Source: Balanoglossus misakiensis
Taxonomy: Eukaryota; Animalia; Hemichordata
DNA length: 64,000 nt
Direction: 5' to 3'
Assembly (NCBI GenBank): GCA_040954595.2
Contig: JBECUI020000038.1
Location: forward strand, 1 to 64,000
Shown here: positions 1 through 12,870 of the stretch, piece after piece
Position numbering within the stretch: position 1 is the stretch's first letter
Layout of the letters: the number at the start of each line of letters is the position of its first letter
Position numbers and translations under genes: made by a program
The notes under the pieces: generated by a model
Databases searched by the model: none
Seen by the model: only the letters and a program-made list of their open reading frames with translations
Told to the model about the DNA's origin: nothing

Positions 1-3000
1 AAATTCGAAAATTTGTAATTTTTTGATGATTTTCACCCATGTTTTTTTTCAAAAATCAACGAACCCATGATTTTTTTTCAAAAATCGACAAAATTTTGAG
101 ATTTTGCAAAGTCGAAAATTTGTCATTTTTTGATGATTTTCACCCATGATTTTTTTCAAAAATCGACGAAATTTTGAGATTTTGCAAAGTCGAAAATTTG
201 TCATTTTTTGATTATTTTCACCCATGATTTTTTTCAAAAATCGACAAAATTTTTAGATTTTGCAAAGTAGACAATTTGTCATTTTTTGATGATTTTCACC
301 ATGATTTTTTTTTAAAAAATGACGAAATTTTGAGATTTTGCAAAGACGAAAATTTGTCATTTTTTGATGATTTTCACCCATGATTTTTTTTCAAAAATGT
401 ACGAAATTTTGAGATTTTGCAAAGTCGAAAATTTGTAATTTTTTGATGATTTTCACCAATGTTTTTTTTTAAAAATCAACGAACCCATGATTTTTTTAAA
501 AAATTGACACCAATGTTTTTTTTTAAAAATCAACGAACTCATGATTTTTTTAAAAAATTGACATTTTGAGATTTTGCAAAGTCGAAAATTTGTCATTTTT
601 TGATGATTTTCACCATGATTGTTTTTTTCAAAAATCGACAAAATTTTTAGATTTTGCAAAGTCGAAAATTTGTAATTTTTTGATGATTTTTACCCATGAT
701 TTTTTTTTTCAAAAATCGACGAAATTTTGAGATTTTGCAAAGACGAAAATTTGTAATTTTTTGATGATTTTCACCCATGACTTTTTTTCAAAAATTTACG
801 AAATTTTGAGATTTTGCAAAGTCGAAAATTTGTCATTTTTTGATGATTTTTTCCCATGATTTTGTTTTTCAAAAATCGACCAAATTTTGGGATTTTGCAA
901 AGACGAAAATTTGTCATTTTTTGATGATTTTCACCCATGATTTTTTTCAAAAATCGACGAACCCATGATTTTTTTTTCCAAAATCTACGAAATTTTGAGA
1001 TTTTGCAAAGTCGAAAATTTGTAATTTTTTGATGATTTTCACCCATGTTTTTTTTTCCAAAATCGACGAAATTTTGAGATTTTGCAAATTCGAAAATTTG
1101 TAATTTTTTGATGATTTTCACCCATGTTTTTTTTCAAAAATCAACGAACCCATGATTTTTTTTCAAAAATCGACAAAATTTTGAGATTTTGCAAAGTCGA
1201 AAATTTGTCATTTTTTGATGATTTTCACCCATGATTTTTCTCAAAAATCGACGAAATTTTGAGATTTTGCAAAGTCGAAAATTTGTAATTTTTTGATGAT
1301 TTTCACCCATGATTTTTTTTCAAAAATCGACGAAATTTTGAGATTTTGCAAAGTCGAAAATTTGTCATTTATTAATGATTTTCACCCATGATTTTTTTTC
1401 AAAAATCGACAAAATTTTGAGATTTTGCAAAGTCGAAAATTTGTAATTTTTTGATGATTTTCACCCATGTTTTTTTTTCAAAATTGAACGAACCCATGAT
1501 TTTTTTCAAAAATCGACGAAATTTTGAGATTTTGCAAAGTCGAAAATTTGTCATTTTTTGATGATTTTCACCCATGATTTTTTTTAAAAATCGACAAAAT
1601 TTTTAGATTTTGCAAAGTCGAAAATTTGTAATTTTTTGATGATTTTTACCCATGATTTTTTTTTTCAAAAATCGACGAAATTTTGAGATTTTGCAAAGAC
1701 GAAAATTTGTAATTTTTTTATGATTTTCACCCATGACTTTTTTTCAAAAATTTACGAAATTTTGAGATTTTGCAAAGTCGAAAATTTGTCATGTTTTGAT
1801 GATTTTCACCCATGTTTTTTTTTCAAAAATCGACGAAATTTTGAGATTTTGCAAATTCGAAAATTTGTAATTTTTTGATGATTTTCACCCATGTTTTTTT
1901 TTCAAAAATCAACGAACCCATGATTTTTTTTCAAAAATCTACGAAATTTTGAGATTTTGCAAAGTCGAAAATTTGTCATTTTTTGATGATTTTCACCCAT
2001 GATTTTTTTCAAAAATCGACAAAATTTTTAGATTTTGCAAAGTCGAAAATTTGTATTTTTTTGATGATTTTTACCCATGATTTTATTTTTCAAAAATCGA
2101 CGAAATTTTGAGATTTTGCAAAGACGAAAATTTGTAATTTTTTGATGATTTTCACCCGTTTTTTTTCAAAAATCAACGAACCCATGATTTTTTTTCAAAA
2201 ATCGACAATATTTTGAGATTTTGCAAAGTTGAACATTTGTCATTTGTTGATGATTTTCACCCATGTTTTTTTTTTCAAAAATGGACGAACCCATGTTTTT
2301 TTTTCAAAAATCGACGAAATTTTGAGATTTTGCAAAGTTGAACATTTGTCATTTGTTGATGATTTTCACCCATGTTTTTTTTTTCAAAAATGGACGAACC
2401 CATGTTTTTTTTTCAAAAATCGACGAAATTTTGAGATTTTGCAAAGTTGAACATTTGTCATTTGTTGATGATTTTTACCCATGATTTTTTTTCAAAAATT
2501 GACGAAATTTTAAGATTTTGCAGTCGAAAATTTGTCATTTTTTGATGATTTTCCCCTATGATTTTTTTCAGAAATCGATGAAATTTTGAGATTTTGCAAA
2601 GTCGAAACTTTGTCATTTTTGATGATTTTCACCCATTTTTTTTCAAGAATCATTTTTTGAAGATTTTCACCCATGTTTTTTTTCAAAATCGACGGACTTT
2701 TGAGATTTTGCAAATTCGAAAATTTGTCATTTTTTGATGATTTTCACCCGTTTTTTTTTCGACGAACCCATGTTTTTTTTTTTCCAAAATCGACGATATA
2801 TTGAGATTTTGCAAAGTCGAAAATTTGTCATTTTTTTATGATTTCCCCCCCCCCCCCCCACGATTTTTTTTTTCAAAAATCGACGAAAATCTCGAAGTTC
2901 TTGCAAAGTCGAAAATTTGTCATTTTTTGATGATTTTCAGCCATGATTTTTTTTAAAAATCGACGAACCCATACTTTTTTCAAAATCGACAAAATTTTGA

Positions 3001-4206
3001 GATTTTGCAGTCGAAAATTTGTCATTTTTTGATGATTTTCATCCATGTTTTTTTTTCAAAAATCGACGAAATTTTGAGATTTTGCAGTCAAAAATTTGTC
3101 ATTTGTTGATGATTTTCATCAGCTATAACCCATTTTTTTTTCAAAAATCGACGAATTTTTGAAAATTTTGCAAAGTCGAAAATTTGTCATTTTTTGATGA
3201 TTTTCACCCATGATTTTTTTCAAAAATCGACGAAATTTTGAGATTTTGCAAAGTCGAACATTTTTCATTTATTGATGATTTTTACCCATGATTTTTTTTC
3301 AAAAATTGACGAAATTTTAAGATTGTGCAGTCGAAAATTTGTCATTTTTTGATGATTTTCACCCATTTTTTTTCAAAAATCGACGAAATTTTGAGTTTTT
3401 GCAAAGTCGAAAATTTGTCATTTTTTGAAGATTTTCACCCATGTTTTTTTTTTAAATCGACGGACTTTTGAGATTTTGCAAAGTCGAAAATTTGTCATTT
3501 TTTGATTATTTTCACCCATGTTTTTTTTTCGACGAACCCATGTTTTTTTTTCCAAAATCGACGATATTTTGAGATTTTGCAAAGTCGAAAATTTGTCATT
3601 TTTTTATGATTTCCCCCCCCCCCCACGATTTTTTTTTTCAAAAATCGACGAAAATCTCGAAGTTCTTGCAAAGTCGAAAATTTGTCATTTTTTGATGATT
3701 TTCACCCATGATTTTTTTTAGAAATCGACGAACCCATACTTTTTTCAAAATCGACAAAATTTTGAGATTTTGCAGTCGAAAATTTGTCATTTTTCGATGA
3801 TTTTCATCCATGTTTTTTTTCAAAAATCGACGAAATTTTGAGATTTTGCAAAGTCGAAAATTTGTCATTTTTTGATGATTTTCACCCATGATTTTTCTCA
3901 AAAATCGACGAAATTTTGAGATTTTGCAAAGTCGAAAATTTGTCATTTTTTGACATTTGACATTTGTTGATGACAACAAATGTCAAATTTTCAACTTTGC
4001 GAAATCTCAAAATTTCGTCGATTTTGAAAAAAATTATGGATTCGTCGATTTTTGAAAAAAATCATGGGTGAAAATCATCAAAAAATGACAAATTTTCGAC
4101 TGCAAAATCTCAAAATTTCGTCGATTTCGAAAAAAATCATGGGTTCGTCGATTTTTGAAAAAAAAAACATGGGTGAAAATCATCAAAAAATTACAAATTT
4201 TCGACT

Positions 4207-4612
4207 TAGTGTGGTATGATGTGTATTCCCGTAGGATTTTTGTGCTAAAATTGATTTTTTTGCTGTTTTGGCTTCTACGGGGACCCAACTACCCGAAAAT
4301 GATGGGGTGCAATTTTAAGGGCCCCTCCATCATATTTTTCTGGGGGGGGGGTACTTCCGTTTTGTGGTATGATGTGTATTCCCGTAGGATTTTTCTGCTA
4401 AAATTGATTTTTTTTGCTGTTTGGCTTCAATGGGGACCCAACTACCCAAAAATCATGGGGTGCAATTTTTAGGGCCCCTCCATCAATTTTTTTCGGGGGG
4501 TCTCTTCTGTTTTGGTCACTCGAGGATATTTGTTCACCTATTTACTCTATCATCATGGGAATTTGGGCTACAATTAATTTGTTTTTGTTGTGTTTGCTTT
4601 GGAGGAGACCAA
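4207..4612 (+). mobile_element. Truncated copy of the left end of the Academ-type element at 9723
   Basis: Near-identical to 9723-10129, with the same upstream satellite junction (TTTTCGACT|TAGTGTGG). Confidence 0.9.
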
Positions 4613-6377
4613 ATTTGTAATTTTTTTGATGATTTCCCCCCCCCCCCCCACGATTTTTTTTTTCAAAAATCGACGAAATTTTGAGATTTTGCAAAGTTGA
4701 ACATTTGTCATTTGTTGATGATTTTCACCCATGTTTTTTTTTTCAAAAATGGACGAACCCATGTTTTTTTTTTAAAATCGACGAATTTTTCAAAATTTTG
4801 CAAAGTCGAAAATTTGTCATTTTTTTGATGATTTCCCCCCCCCCACGATTTTTTTTTCAAAAATTGACGAAATTTTGAGATTTTGCAAAGTCGAAAATTT
4901 GTCATTTTTTGATGATTTTCCCCTATGATTTTTTTCAGAAATCGATGAAATTTTGAGATTTTGCAAAGTCGAAACTTTGTCATTTTTGATGATTTTCACC
5001 CATTTTTTTTCAAGAATCATTTTTTGAAGATTTTCACCCATGTTTTTTTTCAAAATCGACGGACTTTTGAGATTTTGCAAATTCGAAAATTTGTCATTTT
5101 TTGATGATTTTCACCCGTTTTTTTTTCGACGAACCCATGTTTTTTTTTTTCCAAAATCGACGATATATTGAGATTTTGCAGTCGAAAATTTGTCATTTTT
5201 TGATGATTTTCATCCATGTTTTTTTTTCAAAAATCGACGAAATTTTGAGATTTTGCAGTCAAAAATGTGTCATTTGTTGATGATTTTCATCAGCTATAAC
5301 CCATTTTTTTTTCAAAAATCGACGAATTTTTGAAAATTTTGCAAAGTCGAAAATTTGTCATTTTTTGATGATTTTCACCCATGATTTTTTTCAAAAATCG
5401 ACGAAATTTTGAGATTTTGCAAAGTCGAACATTTTTCATTTATTGATGATTTTTACCCATGATTTTTTTTCAAAAATTGACGAAATTTTAAGATTGTGCA
5501 GTCGAAAATTTGTCATTTTTTGATGATTTTCACCCATTTTTTTTCAAAAATCGACGAAATTTTGAGTTTTTGCAAAGTCGAAAATTTGTCATTTTTTGAA
5601 GATTTTCACCCATGTTTTTTTTTTAAATCGACGGACTTTTGAGATTTTGCAAAGTCGAAAATTTGTCATTTTTTGATGATTTTCACCCATGTTTTTTTTT
5701 CGACGAACCCATGTTTTTTTTTCCAAAATCGACGATATTTTGAGATTTTGCAAAGTCGAAAATTTGTCATTTTTTTATGATTTCCCCCCCCCCCCACGAT
5801 TTTTTTTTTCAAAAATCGACGAAAATCTCGAAGTTCTTGCAAAGTCGAAAATTTGTCATTTTTTGATGATTTTCACCCATGATTTTTTTTAGAAATCGAC
5901 GAACCCATACTTTTTTCAAAATCGACAAAATTTTGAGATTTTGCAGTCGAAAATTTGTCATTTTTCGATGATTTTCATCCATGTTTTTTTTCAAAAATCG
6001 ACGAAATTTTGAGATTTTGCAAAGTCGAAAATTTGTCATTTTTTGATGATTTTCACCCATGATTTTTCTCAAAAATCGACGAAATTTTGAGATTTTGCAA
6101 AGTCGAAAATTTGTCATTTTTTGACATTTGACATTTGTTGATGACAACAAATGTCAAATTTTCAACTTTGCGAAATCTCAAAATTTCGTCGATTTTGAAA
6201 AAAATTATGGGTTCGTCGATTTTTGAAAAAAATCATGGGTGAAAATCATCAAAAAATGACAAATTTTCGACTGCAAAATCTCAAAATTTCGTCGATTTCG
6301 AAAAAAATCATGGGTTCGTCGATTTTTGAAAAAAAAAACATGGGTGAAAATCATCAAAAAATTACAAATTTTCGACT

Positions 6378-6787
6378 TAGTGTGGTATGATGTGTATTCC
6401 CGTAGGATTTTTGTGCTAAAATTGATTTTTTTGCTGTTTTGGCTTCTACGGGGACCCAACTACCCGAAAATGATGGGGTGCAATTTTAAGGGCCCCTCCA
6501 TCATATTTTTCTGGGGGGGGGGGGGGTACTTCCGTTTTGTGGTATGATGTGTATTCCCGTAGGATTTTTCTGCTAAAATTGATTTTTTTTGCTGTTTGGC
6601 TTCAATGGGGACCCAACTACCCAAAAATCATGGGGTGCAATTTTTAGGGCCCCTCCATCAATTTTTTTCGGGGGGTCTCTTCTGTTTTGGTCACTCGAGG
6701 ATATTTGTTCACCTATTTACTCTATCATCATGGGAATTTGGGCTACAATTAATTTGTTTTTGTTGTGTTTGCTTTGGAGGAGACCAA
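6378..6787 (+). mobile_element. Second truncated copy of the Academ-type left end
   Basis: Same sequence and breakpoints as 4207-4612, offset 2171 bp. Confidence 0.9.
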
Positions 6788-9722
6788 ATTTGTAATTTTT
6801 TTGATGATTTCCCCCCCCCCCACGATTTTTTTTTTTCAAAAATCGACGAAATTTTGAGATTTTGCAAAGTTTAACATTTGTCATTTGTTGATGATTTTCA
6901 CCCATGTTTTTTTTTCAAAAATGGACGAACCCATGTTTTTTTTTTAAAATCGACGAATTTTTCAAAATTTTGCAAAGTCGAAAATTTGTCATTTTTTTGA
7001 TGATTTCCCCCCCCCCCCCCACGATTTTTTTTTCAAAAATTGACGAAATTTTGAGATTTTGCAAAGTTTAACATTTGTCATTTGTTGATGATTTTCACCC
7101 ATGTTTTTTTTTTCAAAAATGGACGAACCCATGTTTTTTTTTTAAAATCGACGAATTTTTCAAAATTTTGCAAAGTCGAAAATTTGTCATTTTTTTGATG
7201 ATTTCCCCCCCCCACGATTTTTTTTTCAAAAATTGACGAAATTTTGAGATTTTGCAAAGTCGAAAATTTGTCATTTTTTGATGATTTTTACCCATGATTT
7301 TTTTTCAAAAATTGACGAAATTTTAAGATTTTGCAGTCGAAAATTTGTCATTTTTTGATGATTTTCCCCTATGATTTTTTTCAGAAATCGATGAAATTTT
7401 GAGATTTTGCAAAGTCGAAACTTTGTCATTTTTGATGATTTTCACCCATTTTTTTTCAAGAATCATTTTTTGAAGATTTTCACCCATGTTTTTTTTCAAA
7501 ATCGACGGACTTTTGAGATTTTGCAAATTCGAAAATTTGTCATTTTTTGATGATTTTCACCCGTTTTTTTTTCGACGAACCCATGTTTTTTTTTTTTCCA
7601 AAATCGACGATATATTGAGATTTTGCAAAGTCGAAAATTTGTCATTTTTTTATGATTTCCCCCCCCCCCCACGATTTTTTTTTTCAAAAATCGACGAAAA
7701 TCTCGAAGTTCTTGCAAAGTCGAAAATTTGTCATTTTTTGATGATTTTCAGCCATGATTTTTTTTAAAAATCGACGAACCCATACTTTTTTCAAAATCGA
7801 CAAAATTTTGAGATTTTGCAGTCGAAAATTTGTCATTTTTTGATGATTTTCATCCATGTTTTTTTTTCAAAAATCGACGAAATTTTGAGATTTTGCAGTC
7901 AAAAATTTGTCATTTGTTGATGATTTTCATCAGCTATAACCCATTTTTTTTTCAAAAATCAACGAATTTTTGAAAATTTTGCAAAGTCGAAAATTTGTCA
8001 TTTTTTGATGATTTTCACCCATGATTTTTTTCAAAAATCGACGAAATTTTGAGATTTTGCAAAGTCGAACATTTTTCATTTATTGATGATTTTTACCCAT
8101 GATTTTTTTTCAAAAATTGACGAAATTTTAAGATTGTGCAGTCGAAAATTTGTCATTTTTTGATGATTTTCACCCATTTTTTTTCAAAAATCGACGAAAT
8201 TTTGAGTTTTTGCAAAGTCGAAAATTTGTCATTTTTTGAAGATTTTCACCCATGTTTTTTTTTTAAATCGACGGACTTTTGAGATTTTGCAAAGTCGAAA
8301 ATTTGTCATTTTTTGATGATTTTCACCCATGTTTTTTTTTCGACGAACCCATGTTTTTTTTTCCAAAATCGACGATATTTTGAGATTTTGCAAAGTCGAA
8401 AATTTGTCATTTTTTTATGATTTCCCCCCCCCCCCACGATTTTTTTTTTCAAAAATCGACGAAAATCTCGAAGTTCTTGCAAAGTCGAAAATTTGTCATT
8501 TTTTGATGATTTTCACCCATGATTTTTTTTAGAAATCGACGAACCCATACTTTTTTCAAAATCGACAAAATTTTGAGATTTTGCAGTCGAAAATTTGTCA
8601 TTTTTCGATGATTTTCATCCATGTTTTTTTTCAAAAATCGACGAAATTTTGAGATTTTGCAAAGTCGAAAATTTGTCATTTTTTGATGATTTTCACCCAT
8701 GATTTTTCTCAAAAATCGACGAAATTTTGAGATTTTGCAAAGTCGAAAATTTGTCATTTTTTGATGATTTTCACCCATGATTTTTTTTTTCAAAAATCGA
8801 CAAAATTCCCATTTTTTGAAGATTTTCTCCCATGTTTTTTTTCAAAAATCGACGAACCCATGATTTTTTTTCAAAATCGACGAAATTTTGAGATTTTGCA
8901 AAATCTCAATATTTCGTCGATTTTGAAAAAAATCATGGGTTCTTGCAAAATCTCAAAATTTCGTCGATTTTGAAAAAAATCATGGGTTCGTCGATTTTTG
9001 CAAAAAATCATGGGTGAAAATCATCAAAAAATGACAAATTTTCGACTTTGCAAAATCTCAAAATTTCGTCGAATTTGAAAAAAATCATGGGTTCTTGCAA
9101 AATCTCAAAATTTCGTCGATTTTGAAAACAATCATGGGTTCGTTGAATTGTGAAAAAAAACATGGATGAAAATCATCAAAAAATTACACATTTTTGACTT
9201 TGCAAAATCTCAAAATTTCGTCGATTTTGAAAAAAAATTATGGGTTCGTCGATTTTTGAAAAAAAAAAATGGGTGAAAATCATCAAAATGACCAATGTTC
9301 GACTTTGCAAATCTCAAAATTTCGTCGATTTTTGAAATAAAAAATCATGGGCTATAGCTCATGAAAATCATCAACAAATGTCAAATTTTCAACTTTGCGA
9401 AATCTCAAAATATCGTCGATTTTTGAAAAAAAAACATGGGTTCGTCGATTTTGAAAAAAAAATCATGGGCTATAGCTCATGAAAATCATCAACAAATGTC
9501 AAATTTTCAACTTTGCGAAATCTCAAAATTTCGTCGATTTTGAAAAAAATTATGGGTTCGTCGATTTTTGAAAAAAATCATGGGTGAAAATCATCAAAAA
9601 ATGACAAATTTTCGACTGCAAAATCTCAAAATTTCGTCGATTTCGAAAAAAATCATGGGTTCGTCGATTTTTGAAAAAAAAAACATGGGTGAAAATCATC
9701 AAAAAATTACAAATTTTCGACT

Positions 9723-12700
9723 TAGTGTGGTATGATGTGTATTCCCGTAGGATTTTTGTGCTAAAATTGATTTTTTTGCTGTTTTGGCTTCTACGGGGAC
9801 CCAACTACCCGAAAATGATGGGGTGCAATTTTAAGGGCCCCTCCATCATATTTTTCTGGGGGGGGGGGTACTTCCGTTTTGTGGTATGATGTGTATTCCC
9901 GTAGGATTTTTCTGCTAAAATTGATTTTTTTTGCTGTTTGGCTTCAATGGGGACCCAACTACCCAAAAATCATGGGGTGCAATTTTTAGGGCCCCTCCAT
10001 CAATTTTTTTCGGGGGGTCTCTTCTGTTTTGGTCACTCGAGGATATTTGTTCACCTATTTACTCTATCATCATGGGAATTTGGGCTACAATTAATTTGTT
10101 TTTGTTGTGTTTGCTTTGGAGGAGACCAACCTGGCCAAAAATAATCGGGTGCAAATTATAGGGCCCCTCCATCATTTTTTATTTGGGGGGGGGGGGGCAC
10201 TTCCATTTTGGCCACTCCGAAGTTGTTTGTTGGCCTATTTACTCCCTTCTCATAGAATATTTTGCTAAAAATATTATTTTTCTTTGATGTTTTGGTTTCA
10301 ATGGGGCTCCACCAGAACTAAAATGATGGGGTTCAAATTTTTGGAACCTTCCATCATGTCTTGGGGGGGGGGGAGGGTAATCATTTCTGTTTTGGCCACC
10401 CTGAAGATACTTATTCACCTATTTACTATACGGTTAGTATTGTCGTGGTATTTCTTGCAATTTGGTTTGCTCCTTTGGATTGAATGCAGACTGACTGCCG
10501 AAAAGTGATGGTGTGCAAAATGTTGGACCCCTTTACCACATTTTTTGGTGGGGGGGGGGGGTTCTCTATATTTGTTTTCGCCAACCCGTTGTAACAGTAG
10601 TTTTTTTTATCTTAGATTTTTTCGTTTATTCTAAATTTAGTATACTAAGGTAAATTAAAACTCCTTTATATATAATAAAGTACATAATGTGTATTTTAGT
10701 TTATTTTCCGAGCTACAGTCCCATCTCATAAAATGGACCCTTGAGGCACCCTCCCTACCACGGACGGTGCAATAAACAACCCAAGAAGCATAACGATTCT
10801 TTTCTGATATCTTGGTATTCTCAATCATCATTTTCACGAAACCCAGTTCTGTTTGATCTACTCATCGCCAGTGTCGTTATCTTCAAGAACATTTCCCCCT
10901 GGTTTTCAGTCTCCACCATAGCATTTGCAGAGGGGAGTACATAGTAAATCATTCTTTGAGCAACTGCAACGTCCCCTACAACCTGCTTTGCAGCCACATT
11001 TGATAAGCTCTAGTACTGCCTTTGGTGCAGGGAGAGCAAGACATTTTACTGGATAAAACACGCCATTCTCCGATTTCCACCCATTCTTTTTGATTGGGGG
11101 AAGTTCAGGACAATTTGTTGCGTATGATTTATCTCTCATTGTGATGAAGGGGTGGCACCCTTTTCACAGATCACGCAAATCTTATTTTTATCTACATATT
11201 AATTCTGTAGTTTATTGCAAAATGTCCTAATAGCTATCGAACTGGAACGTAAAACGCTGCTTACGGTGCTAAGAAAATAGCCAATATGTATTTAGTAATA
11301 AAACTGAGATGTAGTTCACAGACTTGTTTTATTTTCAGTAGTATTGAGCTACAAAATGAGCCAAATTTGATATTGTTAATGTTTACCAAAACAAGTTTTA
11401 GAAGTAAGACATAGTTCAAGGGCTTTTTACAGCACTATTTTGCTATTGGCATGAAAATTTTGAAAATACTACTTTAAAATAGACAATACTTCAACTGATA
11501 TGGCTTTATTTACGACAGTATTTAACTTTGAAATGAGTTCAACTGAATATCGTTTTAATACCCCAAAAAACAAGTGTTGATTAAAACGTACTTCAGAGTT
11601 TATGCACAGACTTATATCGATGAGAATTTTAGTACAATGGTAAATATCTCAGACATTGATTGTGCTACGAAAGAATAAACAACTCTTAACGAAAAAGTTA
11701 CCAGAATCATATGCATATGATTCTGGTAACTCACGGCCCCTCGGGTGTAATAAACGGCTGCTATGGCCCTCATGGCCAGGCAATAGGTGTTCACTATTTG
11801 GTATAGCCTAGTATACTATATTTTTGTAAACCATAGAAAACATGAGTGTGGTGATGAGTTGGGTGGCGGTCCAAGGTGAGGGGAGGTATATTATGCTAAG
11901 TCCAAACCAGAGAGATATTTGTGGTTGATTTGTTAGTGTCAAAATTCAACTAAGTATATTTATAAAAATAAGATAGCGCTGTAGTATATATGACAACTGA
12001 TACAAATGTAGGTAACTGATATGTTTACCCATAAACCGTCTAATATTTAAGATTCCCAATATGTGGAGAGGCCCTAAAATTTGACCTCATTTTTGAGCAG
12101 TTAGGTCCCCATAGAAGTTAAAAAAAAAGAAATTGGAAGAAATCCTTTACAAATACACATGTCACACTATGAACAAATATCTCCAGGGCTGCTAAAACTA
12201 AAGTGACCCCCCCCCCTGCAAGAAAATGTGATGGAGGGGTCCAACAAATTGATTTCCATCATTTTGGGGATGTTTATTCATCATTGAAACCAAAACAGCA
12301 AACAAAACAAATAACTATTAGCAAAAACTCCTACGAGAATACACGGTATAGGTGAACAAATACCGTTAAGATTGTCGGAATGTAAGTGCCCCCCCCCCAC
12401 AAATGTAATAGAGGGGCCCTAAAATTTGCATGTGATCTTTTGTGACCAGGTGTCAAAACAGCAAAAAAAAAATTCTTTAGCAGAAAATTCTACGAAAATG
12501 GAGTAGATAGGTGAATAAATATCTTCGGGGAGGCCAAAACAGGAGTGACGACCCCCCCCCCCCCCCCCCGAAAAAATATGATGGAGGGGCCCTAAAAATT
12601 GCACCCCATCATTTTCGGGTAGTTGGGTCCCCATAGAAGCCAAAACAGCAAAAAAATCAATTTTAGCACAAAAATCCTACGGGAATACACATCATACCAC

Positions 12701-12870
12701 AAAACGGAAGTACCCCCCCCCCCGAGAAAAATATGATGGAGGGGCCCTTAAAATTGCACCCCATCATTTTCGGGTAGTTGGGTCCCAATAGAAGCCAAAA
12801 CAGCAAAAAAATCAATTTTAGCACAACAATCCTACGGGAGCTGTTTTTCATGACATACCATACCGCACTA
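9723..12870. mobile_element. Non-autonomous Academ-type DNA transposon with ~0.8-kb TIRs built of ~160-bp subrepeats
   Basis: Termini TAGTGTGGTATG...CATACCGCACTA. TSD ACT (9720-9722, 12871-12873); removing the element restores satellite TTTTCGACTGCAAAAT. Internal CXC transposase remnant. Confidence 0.8.
10906..11139 (-). pseudogene. C-terminal remnant of an Academ-type transposase (tesmin/TSO1-like CXC tail)
   Basis: GWK...PAPKAVLELIKCGCKAGCRGRCSCSKNDLLCTPLCKC motif inside the TIR element; the rest of the gene is missing. Confidence 0.75.

Larger units (their letters stand above)
1..8898 (+). repeat. Satellite array, ~78-bp monomer (AAAAATCGACGAAATTTTGAGATTTTGCAAAGTCGAAAATTTGTCATTTTTTGATGATTTTCACCCATGATTTTTTTC) with an optional ~28-bp AAAAATCRACGAACCCATG(T)n subunit; T-rich orientation
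   Basis: Direct tandem repetition with variable T/C homopolymers. Interrupted by short inverted blocks at ~3975-4206 and ~6146-6377 and by transposon-end fragments. Confidence 0.97.
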
